64,000 bases of DNA. It comes from Octopus bimaculoides (Eukaryota). The notes beneath the pieces are model-generated. The model made no database searches. It saw only the letters and a list, made by a program, of their open reading frames with translations, and was not told the DNA's origin. Position 1 is the first letter of the stretch. Each line of letters opens with the position of its first letter. Location: positions 58,565,892 to 58,629,891 of the forward strand of contig NC_068994.1 of the NCBI RefSeq assembly GCF_001194135.2, read 5' to 3'. Positions 1-14,640 of the stretch are shown piece after piece. Position numbers and translations under genes: made by a program.

Positions 1-2881
1 CAATATCTGGATTATAAATTTTATAATGTTCACTTTGGGAAGGAACTTCTTCAAAAGTCTTTCCATGTCTCTCCTTAAAACTGTCCACCTTTATTGCATG
101 ACCCTTACTCTTGTTGTTGACTTGGTTCTTTGAGAAATTCAGTAGAATATCTCCCTTTCTCAGGGTTTCTTCCTGGACCGAATTCTGTTTGTCTTCACAC
201 TCTGTGGATTCTCGGTTACTTTCCTTCAATCCACAAATTTCAACACAAGAGAAATCAGCAACTCTGTCACGGCTGACTGGTTTTACTTCAGCAACAGATT
301 TTCCAACAGAGCATTCCACTTTGGTAAATGGTAATCCAGATTCCAGAGGGAGTGATCTTATCTGTGAACAACTATCTACAAAAGGTTCTAATTGCCTGCA
401 ACTTTCAATTCCTTCTTTAGAAGAACATCCATGGTGGTATTCTTCTGCCAGTTTGGTGTCTTTGAGGGCTGAGAGTTTTACATCATTTGGTGCCAGTTTC
501 AAAAAATCAGCTTTGGATAATTCTTGCTTTATGTTCTCAGGAAACACAACACAATTATCATGGACACCTGGAAATAATAAAAAAAAACATTTATATATGT
601 GAATGTATATGAATGTATGTACATATAAATATATACATGTGAGTACACACACACACACACATACACACACACGCATGCATGCACACACATGCACACACAC
701 ACTTGCATGCACACACATGCACACACAGTCTAAAAAAGTAGATGAGAAAGTGCAAACTTGATATAGGAACTTCCTGCACCTGAATAGCGTTGCTGCTGCT
801 GCTGCTGCTGTAGATCACTGTCCCCTGCTCTGTTGAACAACTTCAGACAGATGGCTAAGGGGTCCTCACCTCCAAGTGCCTCCAAACAAACTCGTTCCAC
901 CTCCTCCACGCTGGGTCGATCCTCTGGGGCACGGGATGTCAGCCTGGTCAGTAGAGCGTTGTAGGTGTCACTCGTTTCTCTTGGTGGATGGGGCTTGGCT
1001 GAGAGAAGAGTCTTGCCTAAGGAATAGAGGTGGGACTGGCAGAAGTGGAGAGGGGGAGAGAAGAAACAGAGAGGAAGAAAAGTTAGAATCCATAGCAAAA
1101 CGTTTTCGGTGATGGTGGTGGTGGTGTGGTGGTGGTGGTGGAAATGGAAATTGTCATGGTGATAGTTATTGTTGTTGTTCTTTAGGCCNNNNNNNNNNNN
1201 NNNNNNNNNNNNNNNNNNNNNNNNNNNNNNNNNNNNNNNNNNNNNNNNNNNNNNNNNNNNNNNNNNNNNNNNNNNNNNNNNNNNNNNNNNNNNNNNNNNN
1301 NNNNNNNNNNNNNNNNNNNNNNNNNNNNNNNNNNNNNNNNNNNNNNNNNNNNNNNNNNNNNNNNNNNNNNNNNNNNNNNNNNNNNNNNNNNNNNNNNNNN
1401 NNNNNNNNNNNNNNNNNNNNNNNNNNNNNNNNNNNNNNNNNNNNNNNNNNNNNNNNNNNNNNNNNNNNNNNNNNNNNNNNNNNNNNNNNNNNNNNNNGGC
1501 GGTGGTGGCGGTGGTGGTGGTGGAAATGGAAATTGTCATGGTGATAGTTATTGTTGTTGTTCTTTAGGCCTAGGTCAGTCCTGATCAGAGGCATTCCAGC
1601 CATGACCATCCCAATTTTTTGCTAGGGGATTCTAACCCAAGAACATACTATTCAACGAATCTATTTTTAAAATAATGGATTATGATTTTGATGGAGATTT
1701 GCTTGCCATTTCTAGCAGGTCTAATGACCATGCTCAGGCTCCCTCATTGACTCATGATGAAAATCTCTGAGATTTGGAGGGAATGATTGATAAACGACAA
1801 TTATAAGGATCATCATCATCACCATTTTCGTCAGCATTGTCATCATCATCATCATCACCATCGTCATCATTCTTACTGTCATCATCGTCATCATCATCAT
1901 CTTTATCATCAATCATCATCATCTTTATCATCAATCATCGTCATCACCATCATCAACATTGTCGTCATCGTCGTCGTTATCATCATCTTCATCATCATCA
2001 CCACCATCATCATCATCATCGGTGTCAACAGCAATGACAACCTCCATGCATCCACTTTCCATCCTCAAAGAACTACTCACCCTGTCGCTGTTTCCTTGTG
2101 TCTCATATTCTGGGGGTACAAACTTCACATCTGGGTCTGTAAGGTAAAAAAGAAAGAAAGAAAGGATAACTAAAAGATGTCTACCAGTGATTATGCCAAA
2201 ACTTATGGATGTTTAAGGGATCATCATCATCATCGTTGTTGTTGCCATCATCATCATCATCCACTTTTGCATTCTCACATGAATCGGACAGAATTTGTTG
2301 CGGCAGATTTTCTACAGCTGGATGCCTTCCCTGTTGCCAAACCCTCACCTTCTTCCAAGAAGTAAAGGAATATTTCCCCATGGCCCAATATGTTTATACA
2401 AAAGAAAGGAAATAAAGAACATTGTTTCTCTTACAATTCTATTTGTGTTTACAACTATCACACAATGACAAGACACAGAGAGAGAGAAACAGATAGTAAC
2501 ACACCCACACCCCATATATACATACATATATATATATATATATACATACATATATTCTTTATTTAAAAGCAGCAGAAATATAACAAAAGCTGTTACTCAG
2601 AGTTTCATGTTCCTGTTCGTCGGACTGTTTTTGGGGAATGTGAAACTCTGAGAGACAGTATTTTTAATGCCATTGCAGTGTTATTAGTAAAGTATATATA
2701 TATATATNNNNNNNNNNNNNNNNNNNNNNNNNNNNNNNNNNNNNNNNNNNNNNNNNNNNNNNNNNNNNNNNNNNNNNNNNNNNNNNNNNNNNNNNNNNNN
2801 NNNNNNNNNNNNNNNNNNNNNNNNNNNNNNNNNNNNNNNNNNNNNNNNNNNNNNNNNNNNNNNNNNNNNNNNNNNNNNNNN

Positions 2882-2932
<51 letters not shown>

Positions 2933-4745
2933 CAGAGTGAGAGAGATAGAGAGAGAGGTATAAATTGTGTGAAGTGGTGTACAGGTTTTATATATATTAA
3001 GAAAAAGATGGTAGTCAAGACTTGGATGAAAACTATTTATTTAGTGCTTCCATTCCTTCAGGGACTCATGAGGAATGATTCCCTGAAAAGGACAAAATGG
3101 CTAAATAAATAGTTTTTATTTGTTTCGACTACCTACTTCTTCTTAATACACACACACACACACACACACACACACGTATATATTCATTCATAAACATATA
3201 CACACATCTACGTAGAGACATACATAACTCCTGTGGCAATATCTGGCCTTACCGAGGTTTATAGAAGGTACCAGGAAAAATAACTTAACATATGAACTTA
3301 TCCCTGAAAATAAAAACCCCTATGTAAAATTTCAGTTCCCCAGATGCAAAATATACCCTGCAACACTAAGACATAGGCACATACGCAATATATACACACT
3401 TATCTAATATATACACACATATACAATATATATACACACATTCATATATGTATATATGATGGAAACACAGAAGGAGTTATAGCAACGTTACTTCCTTACC
3501 TTTCAGTAAGACATCTTACTTAAGACTGAATAAAATACTTGAGAAATAATCTTGAAGGTGTGGTGCTTGTGTGTGTGTGTGTGTGTGTGTGTGTGCTTGT
3601 GTGAGTGGTGTGTGTGTGTGTGGTTTGTTAAGTGCTTGTGGGTATGTGTGGTGTGCATGCATGACCAATGTCTTTGAGTGCTCTGCTTCCTTGCTGTTGT
3701 TGTATAACCCCAGGTCATTCCTAATGAGGATCACATGTGATCAAAATATTCTCACCATGACCATCCCATCTGGGAATACATTATCGACAGTGGCTTTCTC
3801 TCTCTCTCTCTCTCTCATTATCCAAAGTAATTCTCCATTTTATTCATCCGGAAGCACACATGAACACATATAAACATTGAAGCATAGATAACTCCCATGC
3901 ACATATGCACACACACACCTGCACATATGCACACACACACACATGCACATAAATGCATTCACATACACACACACACTGACTCACTCACATACTCATACAT
4001 GTACACACAGACAGCTATGACTACACACAAACATACTCACACACACACACACACACACACCTATGCACACAAAACAGTGACCAAGCTGGCCTTAGCAACC
4101 AGTACAGTCATTACCAGTAAGTACCCTATTAATAACACCACCACCACCACCAACACCAACACCATCACCACCTCTACTGCTACTACTACTACTACCACCA
4201 TGACCACCACTATCATCATCACAACCAACAACAACAACAATACAAGTCAAGAAGGGAACCTCTATGTGGAGATCCTTCGACCTGCAAGAAATAACAGCCA
4301 AAATCCCTACTGCTTCATATAAAGGAAACATTGAACATTGTAGATGTTATCTGCCAAAAGACAGGATGGTCAAGGATGGAATGTTTTTGCTCACCAAAGG
4401 GAGTGGATGGGGTGGGGGTGGAGGTATACACATACATATATTTATATATATACATATAAATGCATGTATATACATACCCATAGGCATCCATACATACATA
4501 TGCACAAACATTTATTTCACATTTCCTCTCTCTCTCTCTCACTCTCTATTAGGTGTGTGTATGTATGTGTGTATAAAAGTTTGTGTGTATGAGTGTGTGT
4601 GTGCTTGAGAGACAGACAGACAGATACATACATACATATATACTTACATACTTACACACATACATACATACACACATACATACATACACACATACATACA
4701 TACATACATAGACAGACTAACAGACAAATAGATAGAATGAAAGAC

Positions 4746-4804
<59 letters not shown>

Positions 4805-4805
4805 C

Positions 4806-4839
<34 letters not shown>

Positions 4840-4840
4840 G

Positions 4841-4899
<59 letters not shown>

Positions 4900-5236
4900 G
4901 GAAAAACTTGCCAGAAAAAAACTACTTCTTAAGAACATGTTTGAACATGTCTACCACAAACACACACACATGCACACATACACACATACACACACATTAC
5001 CAGTTCCCCTGCCACCACCTACACCCCTTAACCACCCTTGGTTTGTTACATACACAGAATGCTGGGTGGGTTCGGGGGGTCTGATTTTAATTATGTTAAG
5101 AGCTACTTTCCTTTCTTTCACTTCCTCTGACCTCTGTGTCTTGACCTCCGCTGACCTTATTTCATCTCATTCCAGTTCTTCTGTTGAAATGACTGGACTC
5201 AGAAGAGACTTTCACACAGTTTTTACTGGTAACATT

Positions 5237-5270
<34 letters not shown>

Positions 5271-6211
5271 ATGTGAGTATGTTATGTATGACTGTACACA
5301 AGACATCATCATCACCATCATCATCATCATCATCATCACTGCCATGATCATCATCACCGCCATCATCATCATCATTATCATCATCGTCGTCGTCGTCATC
5401 GTCATCGTCATCATCATCATCATCATCCTTTTACTGTTCATCCTTCTGATGAAGTTTTATTGAGGTAGATTTTTTTTGGCTGGATGTCCTTCCTGTCACC
5501 AACCCTTACCTGTTTCTTAAGTAATATTTTCTCATGGCCAGACATGTTCACACATCATCATCATCATCATCATCATCATCAGCCTTTACCATTCGCTTTC
5601 CATACTGGTATCGGTCAGATGGTTTGACCAGAACTGACAAACTGCAGAGCTGCACCAGGCTCCCTTGTCTGATTTGGCCTGGTTTCTACAGCTGGATGCC
5701 CTTCCCAATGCCCTTTTGTAAACTATCACACACATAAACACACACACACACACACATCATACCGACTCATAAGCACATTTCCATTGACACATCTATATTA
5801 TGAGGTTATTGTGATGGTAGTTAAGGCGGGAGTGGTGGTGCAATGGTATTAGTAAAACAACAGTGGACAGTGGTGGACAGTGTTGTATATGATGTGAAGG
5901 TCAAGAAATAATGGACATACAATGACATTTGTAGAGCTGAATCATTAGTTTTACTCACCTACATACAAATCGAGAAGCCGCAGGTAACCAGTGTCCAGTT
6001 CAAAGGCAAGGGTTAAAGGCGTGATACAAAGTGTTTGGAAAAAATCACCAAGTTTGTTAACCTCTCCTAAGATCTTCACACTCTGCCAACAGACGGCCCA
6101 TAGTTCTGTGCTTGTGGGTCCTCTAGAGCCAGGGAGCTTCCTTAAGAGACTGGCAAAATTTAGGGTCTCGTCACCTTCATTGAGAGGGGACAGTCGATAT
6201 GTCCCAGCCAT
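1..6211 (-). CDS. KNDC1: KIND-domain protein, KNDC1/very-KIND-like, 5' part (gene continues beyond the left edge)
   Basis: Coding exons (minus) 5959-6211, 2081-2136, 780-1035 and 1-567; all GT-AG with matching phases (1,0,1). Spliced protein [23 protein letters not shown]...[10 protein letters not shown]...[14 protein letters not shown] / [19 protein letters not shown] / [10 protein letters not shown]...[19 protein letters not shown] follows the recalled human KNDC1 KIND1 motifs (WAVC, FQSLCITPDTLAF, FVPPEF, HIYSLG, DRP). The last exon is open to the window edge. The RasGEF domains are not visible, so orthology rests on the KIND domain. Confidence 0.8.
4619..4898. repeat. (CATA)n/(GATA)n microsatellite; representative of many (CA)n, (TA)n, (GATA)n, (ATC)n and (TAG)n tracts across the window
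   Basis: Directly visible. Other long tracts at 1810-2020, 5240-5430, 29070-29177, 40460-40573, 44598-44682 and 57060-57200. Confidence 0.95.
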
Positions 6212-7620
6212 TCATAAAGCCTATATTTTTACTACGTTATCCAGAGAGGAGCCAACACAAATGCAATGACAAGAGATGGGGGGGGGCAGTGAAACAGGTG
6301 GTGATGGTGGTGTCGGTGGTGGGTGATAATCAGTTTAAAATTTGAGACATTGATCTGGCCGGACTGGCTAAACTGATGTGAACTGACCAATCAGTAAGAA
6401 AAGTTTCAGGTGTCTGTTTGTCATGTTATGATTGATGTAAGAGGATGGTGATATTTGGTAGGGGGGTGACAGTGGGGAGGTATTTGCGGTGGTGGTGGTG
6501 GTGGTGGTGGTGGTAGTGGTGGTGTTATGTTAATGAAGACAGTGTTGTGGGGTGGGCAAGAATAGTAGTGTTATGGTATGGATGGTTGTAGATATGGTGG
6601 CAGTAATTACAGTAAGGGTTGGTGGGAGGGAAAGGGGATTGGTGGAAGGAATTTCTTGACAGATTAAGAAGGTAGTTGTTGGGGATGTAAGATGATGAAG
6701 ATTAAAAGAAAGGTGAAGATAAGAAGAGCAGAGGGGAGGGGTATTTACATAAAGAAGAGGAGGGGATACAGTTGTGATGGTGGTAGAGTGTGTGGTTAAG
6801 GTTGCTGTGGTTGTCATATTGGTGGGAGGCGGGGGTGATGGTGGAAGAAGAGGAAATTTAAGAAGTGAAATAAAACCTAATTCCACAACAAACACTAAAG
6901 TAGAGATATATATAATTTTATTAATGAAACAACATACAACACCAGACACACCCTCTACAATATCAAACTCTTACACTAGACTGGTGCACCATATTAGTAC
7001 ACTGCACCACATCTGCACATTTACTGTTACCTGTTCTACTACCACAGTGTTGTAATGCTATCTTTGGTTTTATTGAGATTTGTATTTTGTGGAGTTGATG
7101 CAAAAGTAAGCCCCTTTACAGGTGTGTTTGTTCTATTGTTCTTTCCTGTGTTTCGCTTGCTCCATCTGGTGTTGTTGTTTCCTTTGACAGAATCTAAAAG
7201 ATGCTTTGCAATTTGGTAGATTTGTGCTGTTTCGATGTTCATTTTAATTAACAAAATTTCGTTGCCTGTTATAATTAGTTACAAAGTTCTTTCCCTTGAA
7301 TGTCTTTTCAAAATTCCAAATATAATTTTCAAACGTATTTCTCTGTGATTGTATTTTTCTCATTGCAAACATTCTTCAGATTTAATAATATATTCTTCTC
7401 TTCTGGACAACACAGCCAGTTTCTATTCCTTGAGTTACTCATAACTCTGTCTAGGTTAGTTTCTATATATTTTAAAGGTATCACAAATATATACACATGT
7501 TGAACTAAGTTGCTGAACTTATAAAACTAACTGGTTTTCTAGATTAAAATCAATTTATCTAAGGTGAATTTGACAGGTAAAAGAAATAGATTTCAAAAGC
7601 ACAATGATGAACAAGATGAC

Positions 7621-9146
7621 TGTAGTTTCAATTCCTGGTCATGAACCCATTGTATATCTCTTATAATACTCTTCTCTTAGTGACCTTGTCATTAAAAAGT
7701 GAAACAATGTGTGAGGGGTTATACTTGCCCACCTGAACAAAAGCTGGTCACATAGAACACATAGAGCAACCCCCCTACACTGTATATGGGGTGAGAGGGA
7801 TATTGAGGGAGGAAAATGCTAGATGCTAGTGTTTGCAGGAAGGAATGAAACTCCTACAAAAATTTATCAAACCCAGAAATTCAGGCAGATTCCTCAATGA
7901 TATAGGTGCTGAAAATTCCACAAAGGACTCTACTTCCTCAGGGAGCAGGTGCATTCCCTCCTCACTGATGATGGGTCCGAGGAATGATAACAATGTAACT
8001 CAGTATACACACCTGTTGAGGTTAATAATGCCAGACTCAACCAAACATTGGAAAAACAAATACTTTTCATGTTCTTCTTCAGAATTATTTGCTAAACCGT
8101 TGATATATGCTTTGACAAAAAGACAACACACATTTTACAGTATCAATAAAACATTGGAATGTCCGTGTGGTATTCTGTAGACCAAAAGACATTCAAATAA
8201 CTGAAAGGTGTAGTGATTGCTAGTTTTGGAATATCTGCAGGTTTGACCAGGATTTGGTTATATGCTCTCACAAGATTGATTTTCAAAAATATACGATTTC
8301 CATAGTGGAAACTAGAAAAATCCTGCAAGAGAGGGATTGAGTAGGTATTGTACGGTGCCGTTGTTGAGTGCACAATAGTTCCTGCAAGGGCACCCATCCC
8401 CTGCTGCTTTCTTCAAGACCAAATGTGATAGCAATCACCAGTTGCTGCTTGATGGATGAATAATTCCAAGCAATGTGTTGGAATTCCTGCTTTGAGGTCT
8501 TCAAATGATCTGTAGGGAGTCTTCGTGGTCTCACAGCAGTTGTTGAGTCTCAATGTGGTGGATAACACTGTGTTTGAGCTGTCTCTAAACACTGGATGAG
8601 CAGTGTTTCAGTACATGAGGATGATAAGAGTTGCACTGTGTAATTGTTGCCTGTCAAATAACAAGGCTGACTGGATATCCAAGCAATTATGTGGCACATA
8701 ATGATATTGGTAGCAACATCAAGAATGTCTAACGTTTACTAAAAGACTGAAATGATGAAGGAAATCTGCTGCTAATAGAGGAGCCAACAACTTAACAGTG
8801 ATAAAAACCATTGAAAAATAGGATAAAGGCCTAGGTCTAGAATTTGTCAGAAGTAGAAATTGGAGAAGAACTGATGATGGTATTTTGTAAATGGCGTTAG
8901 GGAAACTGGAATGATGCTGACTCCAGGGCTTGTGTCACCAAGGAAGGAGGTACCTGTGAAATGGTTATTAATGAAGAAAAGGTGACTTTGTTTAATAGCA
9001 GACAGGTGCATCTGTTGCCCTTAATCCATGACTGTCTTGTTTCCCTGAAGGAATGGTGTCTCTTTAGAAACAGAACAAGGAAACTCACAGAAACAAATGC
9101 AAAAATCGAGGTTCCTATTCCTGGTCTTGAATCCATTGTATATCTC
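7621..9146 (-). mobile_element. Degenerate, internally deleted Ty3/Gypsy LTR retrotransposon (protease + RT fragments)
   Basis: Frameshifted minus-strand peptides: SHLFFINNHFTGTSFLGDTSPGVSIIP (protease-like, ~8900-9010), YSIPLLQDFSS...KINLVRAYNQILVKPADIPKLAITTPF (RT, ~8200-8400) and FLGLINFCRSFIPSC (~7840). A 30-bp direct repeat flanks the element at 7631-7660 and 9117-9146. Confidence 0.75.
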
Positions 9147-10025
9147 ATACACACTTTCTCTCTCTCTCTCACACACACATACATGTCTAGATATATGTAA
9201 ATATATGTGTGTGTGTGTTTGTCTGTGTATGTATAGGTATATATACACGCGATTGCAGCATTAAAAACTGTATTAATAAATACAAATACAGCATTGCTAA
9301 TTCTCTCTCTCTCTCTCTCTGTGGCGCACCCAAATACGCTCTGCAACATGGTTGGCATTAGGAAGGGCATCCAGCTGCAGAGACCATACCAAAACATACA
9401 GCGGAGCCTGGTGCAGCTCTCTGGCTTGCCAAACGCATGGAAATCGGACGTTAAATGATGATGATGATGATGATATATCTATATATCATTTAGTACCCCT
9501 GGACTGGCTCTTGTGCGGGTGGCACATAAAATACACCATTTTGAGCGTAGCCGTTGCCAGTACCGCCTGACTGGCCTTCGTGCGGGTGACACGTAAAAAC
9601 ACCCATTACACTCTCTGAGTGGTTGGCGTTAGGAAGGGCATCCAGCTGTAGAAACTCTGCCAAANNNNNNNNNNTGGTTGGCGTTAGGAAGGGCATCCAG
9701 CTGTAGAAACTCTGCCAAATCAGATTGGAGGCTGGTGTTGCCATCCGGTTTCACCAGTTCTCAGTCAAATCGTCCAACCCATGCTAGCATGGAAAGCGGA
9801 CGTTAAACGATGATGATGATGATGATGATGATGATGTATACATACACATATATAAATATATATTCATTACAATCATGAGGTATTGGGCTCAGTCCTACAC
9901 CGTGTGGCACCTTGAGCAAATGCCTTCTGCTAACGACCCTGGCTGGCCGAAGCCTCGTGAGTAGATTTGGTATGGGGAAACCCTTAGAAACACGTCGTGC
10001 GTGTCCGTGCGGGCGTACACACACA

Positions 10026-10065
<40 letters not shown>

Positions 10066-10582
10066 TTGTTCCCCCCCCCCCGATATTGGTTAGTTAACGT
10101 CCCTGTAACTTAACGGTTCGTCATGACAGTCCGATAGAATAAATACTAGGCCTTAGAAATAAGTACCGAGGGTGAATCGCTCGACTAAAATCTTCAAGGT
10201 GGTGCTCCAGCATGGCTGCAGCAGTCCTATAACTGAAACAAGTAAAAGATATGAGAGAGAGAGAGGGAGAGAGAGAATTAGCAATACTCAATATATATAT
10301 CCATTGACTGATGTACAATTATAAATGCTGCAATTACAGCAATCCCACACACACATACGCCCACATGTAGTAGGAGAGGGTGAAATAGAAGGGAGATAAC
10401 TGGAGGTAACAGTCCTAACAGTCAGCTTCGTTCCATGTTACCTCATTGACGTTGTCCAAGTGTTTATTTTTTTTTTATTCCCCCCCGTTTTTATTTTTTA
10501 TTTCCGTCTGTCTTTCATTTAATCCATCTGTTACCATCCTGTCTACTAATAGTCTTTAATGTCTTCTCCTAATTAAAGAACG

Positions 10583-10966
10583 ATGGCGTCTTATTCTACG
10601 TTTGAACCGTGGCGCTGGCAGCGCAAACGAGAACTGGGACTGAAACACGCACTTGGCGATTTGTCACAGATGTACTGTGGCCTTTATTCCAGTTTCGAAG
10701 CCGTACAGACATGGGAACCAGATAAGACCTCCGAGCACACGCACCACGGAGGTATCTTCAACTTCGATTTCTCTCCAGAAGGGTAAGCAAACCTGCTGCT
10801 GTCCTGATGTTGTAGTTGTTAGTAGTGGTGGTGATGCTGTAGGTTCGTTCCTATCACACGACACTATCTTTGTTTCTCTACCCTACAGATATGACCACTT
10901 TCATGAGAATCTTGCTAGAAATAGTGATGCTGTTCGTAAGGTGATGTGTGTACATACATACATGCA

Positions 10967-11002
<36 letters not shown>

Positions 11003-14000
11003 TGTATATGTGTTTGTATATATTTGTGGTATGTATGTGTTTATGTATGTATGCATGTCTGTATATCATCACCATCATTTCACGTCCACTTTTCCGTGTT
11101 AGCATCGATCATACAGAATGTGTTAAGGTAGATACCCTACACCCAAATGTCCTTGCTGTTACTAGTCCTCACCTATTTCCAAACAAGGTGGTATTTCCCC
11201 ATGGCCAGACTTGTTTTTCGCGGAAGACTGGAAATGAACAATTTCGTTTGTATGACAATGCATCTCGTTTACAACCATCGTATAATCTTCACACGCACTC
11301 GCGCGCTCAGAATGCGCTTCTTTCCGTCATCCATCAACCAAATCCACTTACAAGCTGTTGTTCGGCCCCGGGCTATAGTAGAAAACACTTGCTAAATGTG
11401 CTGCACAGTAAGATTGAACCCTAGACCACATGGATTAGAAGTAAGATTCTTAACCACACAGCCACTCTTGCGTACCATATAATCTATATATATCATGTAT
11501 CATCGTCTTCATCATCATTTAGCATCAGTATTCCATCCTGGCATCAGTTGGACGTTTTGACAAGATCTGACAGAACAGAAGACTACGTTGGGTTTCCGTT
11601 TTCTGTTCTGGTTTTCACAGGTTTGTCTGCTGGATGCTTTTTCTAACACCAACCACTTCACAGAGTGTATTGGGTGCTTTTTTGTGTATCACTGGCATTA
11701 ATTAGTGAAGTCACCATGTAGCTTACACAACCTCTTGATTGAGGAAGTGTAGTATTCTGGGAGATGGCGTGAGGAGATGAGAGGATGGTAGAAGGGTAAG
11801 AACAGGTGTCTTGCTGAAGAGAAGATATATGGCTAGGAGGGAAGGTGGTGGTGAGGTGTCTGGATAAAGATGAGGGACAATGATGGTCTGGTCGACCCTT
11901 AAGGTACAAGACAGTGAATGTGAAGGGTATAGGGAAAGAAACAGGTGCAAAGCAGATAAATTTATAAAGGTGTAAGGTAAGCGACAGATGATTAGAGGTA
12001 GGGACAATAGATGATGCAGTGAATGATTAACGGGGAAGAGGTGGGGGGGGAGTAATCAATGGTGAATATCAGTTTGGGAAAGGGGGGAAAGTGAAGGAAA
12101 TAGGAGTGGGTCGGGGAGGAGGATGTGGTAAGTGGCAGTACAAAAAAGGTGATGGTGGTAGGGGAGGTCGATGGCCAATATGATATGATGTTCAATAATG
12201 GTATGGGATAATATTGTGAATGGGTGGTGGGTGACATGAGGAGGGGAACTTAGTCCAAAAGTGTTGGGGATGAAGTGTGTGCATCTCTGCTCATAATTAC
12301 AACAGTTGAATAAACAATACTGCAGTTAGAGGAAGAATAGTGGGATGGGTTGTGGGGGACAGTTGGAAGGGTAAGCTTTTTGAACCCAGGGCTGACTGGC
12401 AAATTGCCAGCCATCTTGGACCATTGTCATAACTTTTGTGAAACTCAATATCCTGAGGTCAATCCTCACTACTTCATCCCACATCTTCCTGGGTCTTCCT
12501 CATCCATAGGTCCCATCTATGTTATCAATTGCCATTTCTTTCATAGACATGTACACACACACACCCACACACATTTTGTACACATACAAACATATGGTAT
12601 ATATACACACAGCACACATATGTAAGTATATAAAAAAATGTGTGTGTATACATATGATGATGATATATCACCATCATCATCATCGTTTTAATGTCTACTT
12701 TTCCATGCTTGCATGGGGCAACCAGCTTTAATCTTGCTTTAAAGTTGCCTTCTATAAGCTCCATGTAGCTTTTAATGCAGATGGTGTTGTCCACTCTGGT
12801 TGATGCTTTGAATATTATAACCTTAGTCTTCGGCAGCTTTCTCTCTCTTTCTGCAAGAACAGCCTTCTCTAGGCAGAGTATACTTATGTGAAACCATGCT
12901 TTTGAAATATTTTTTTAGTTTTTGATCTTCATCATGCACAGCCTCTCACCCAATTTCCTCCTCAAGACATCCCCATCACTTCTCTAACTGCAGTATTTTC
13001 TTGCTGTAATTAAATGTGAGCAGAACTGCATGCTTCACCAGCTTTTCCCTGATATCACATATCTTTCTCCCTACCCAGAACCATTTCACACTTTAGTACC
13101 TCACCTCTAGCAGAAAGCCACCAAATACTCTACTGTAACTCCAGTCATTTGAAAATCATTGTCTTGCAAGCAACATAGTAATCTCACGAGTGTTGCTGCC
13201 ACATAAAAGACACCCAGTACACACTGTGAGAAAGGATGAAGTGTACCTTATCTACAACTACCGTCTACTAATAAACATACACAACATAATAGTATTATGC
13301 TTCACAAGTCACAGCTACAAAAAAAAACAAAAAACTGTGGTTAATTTCAAAATATGAAAACCAAAACAACACGCCTAGCACCACCAATTACAACTGTATT
13401 ACAAGTAATATCATCTGTAGGATAATTGTAATCATTAATACTACAACACCAACCACATTCACATATATTGGATTAACAGCAAACCTGTTTAAAATGTGAT
13501 ACAGCCATCACACACATTCTTTTCACAAACTAAACAGGAAAAATGACACTTCACTAATCAAATATATATGGACACTAAAGTTAAAATATATCCCATTTAG
13601 CATTAATTGGAAAATATCCTCCCTTGCACAATCATGTCAAGAAAATAAACCTTGCCAACTCTGCACTGCTGAATCCTACCATATTTTCTTCATTTAAGAC
13701 CCAAATACTGAACCATAATTCTGATTTACTTTAGTCATGTAAACACAAAATCTTCAGAACATTTCAAACCTACATATATATGAGTGTGCGTATATTATAC
13801 ATGTACAAATGTGTATCATCATCATCATGGACATCTTAATATACATTATTCCATGTTAGCACAAACAAGATGTGTCTCATAACAGCCATTCATTAGCATT
13901 CACCTTTCTCTGTTGTCTTATCCCAATATCCTCTTTTATTCACCTTTTTGTACCTCAAGGGTATATTCTGACACCTCACCGCTATCACCTTTATCTCTCT

Positions 14001-14577
14001 TTCCAGATCTACCCTTATTTCTTCTCCTTTCTCACAGAGAGTAACCATGTATCTCCTCTACAGCAACAAACCTTTTTTTTTTTTTGTCCTCTCAGCTTTT
14101 AGCAAAAAGCCACCTCCCTCTCTACTATAGTTCCATACAGTAAAGAACGAACTCTATAGTCTTGCAAGATACATGGAAACCTCACTCATGCTGGTGCTAA
14201 AAGAAAAAAAAAGCACCCAGCACACTCAGTAAAGTGGTTGGTGTTAGGGAGGGCATCCAGCTGTAGAAACCATGTCAAATCAAATACATCTCATCTGACT
14301 GTCTAATTCTTGACAACATGGAAGCCGAATATTAAAGGATGACAACAATGATGACGATGATGATGATAATGATGTTGATGTACATAGTCTTCTTTTTTCC
14401 AGATCAATTCTTGTTGCTGCCTGTGAACGTCAGAGTATTTTGCTGTTTGACCCGTTTAATGCAAAATTAATTGGACACAAGAGCCGGGCTCACACTGACT
14501 GTGTCAACTGTGTCAGGTAGGGGCACCATCTTTTTCCGTCTTCTTTATATATGTGTGTGTGTGTGTGTGAATGTATG

Positions 14578-14640
<63 letters not shown>

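Noticed and set aside
111-602. 163-aa plus-strand ORF; likewise 876-1112, 5991-6269, 24494-24889 and 58270-58626
   Set aside because: Antisense shadows of real minus-strand coding exons.
1113-1569. Identical ~70-bp sequence on both sides of the N gap
   Set aside because: Typical overlapping contig ends across a scaffold gap; assembly artefact rather than duplication.
5090-5235. Glu/Lys-rich coding-looking stretch on the minus strand in KNDC1 intron 1
   Set aside because: Contains an in-frame stop and lacks usable splice sites; exons 5959 and 2136 already join in phase.
9620-9720. Duplicated tggttggcgttaggaagggcatccagctgtagaaactctgccaaa around a short gap
   Set aside because: Same gap-flanking artefact inside a SINE.
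10195-10250. SINE tail CAGTC-loop-GACTGAAAC resembling hammerhead stem II plus GAAAC
   Set aside because: No CUGANGA upstream in any copy; better explained as a LINE-type 3' recognition stem-loop.
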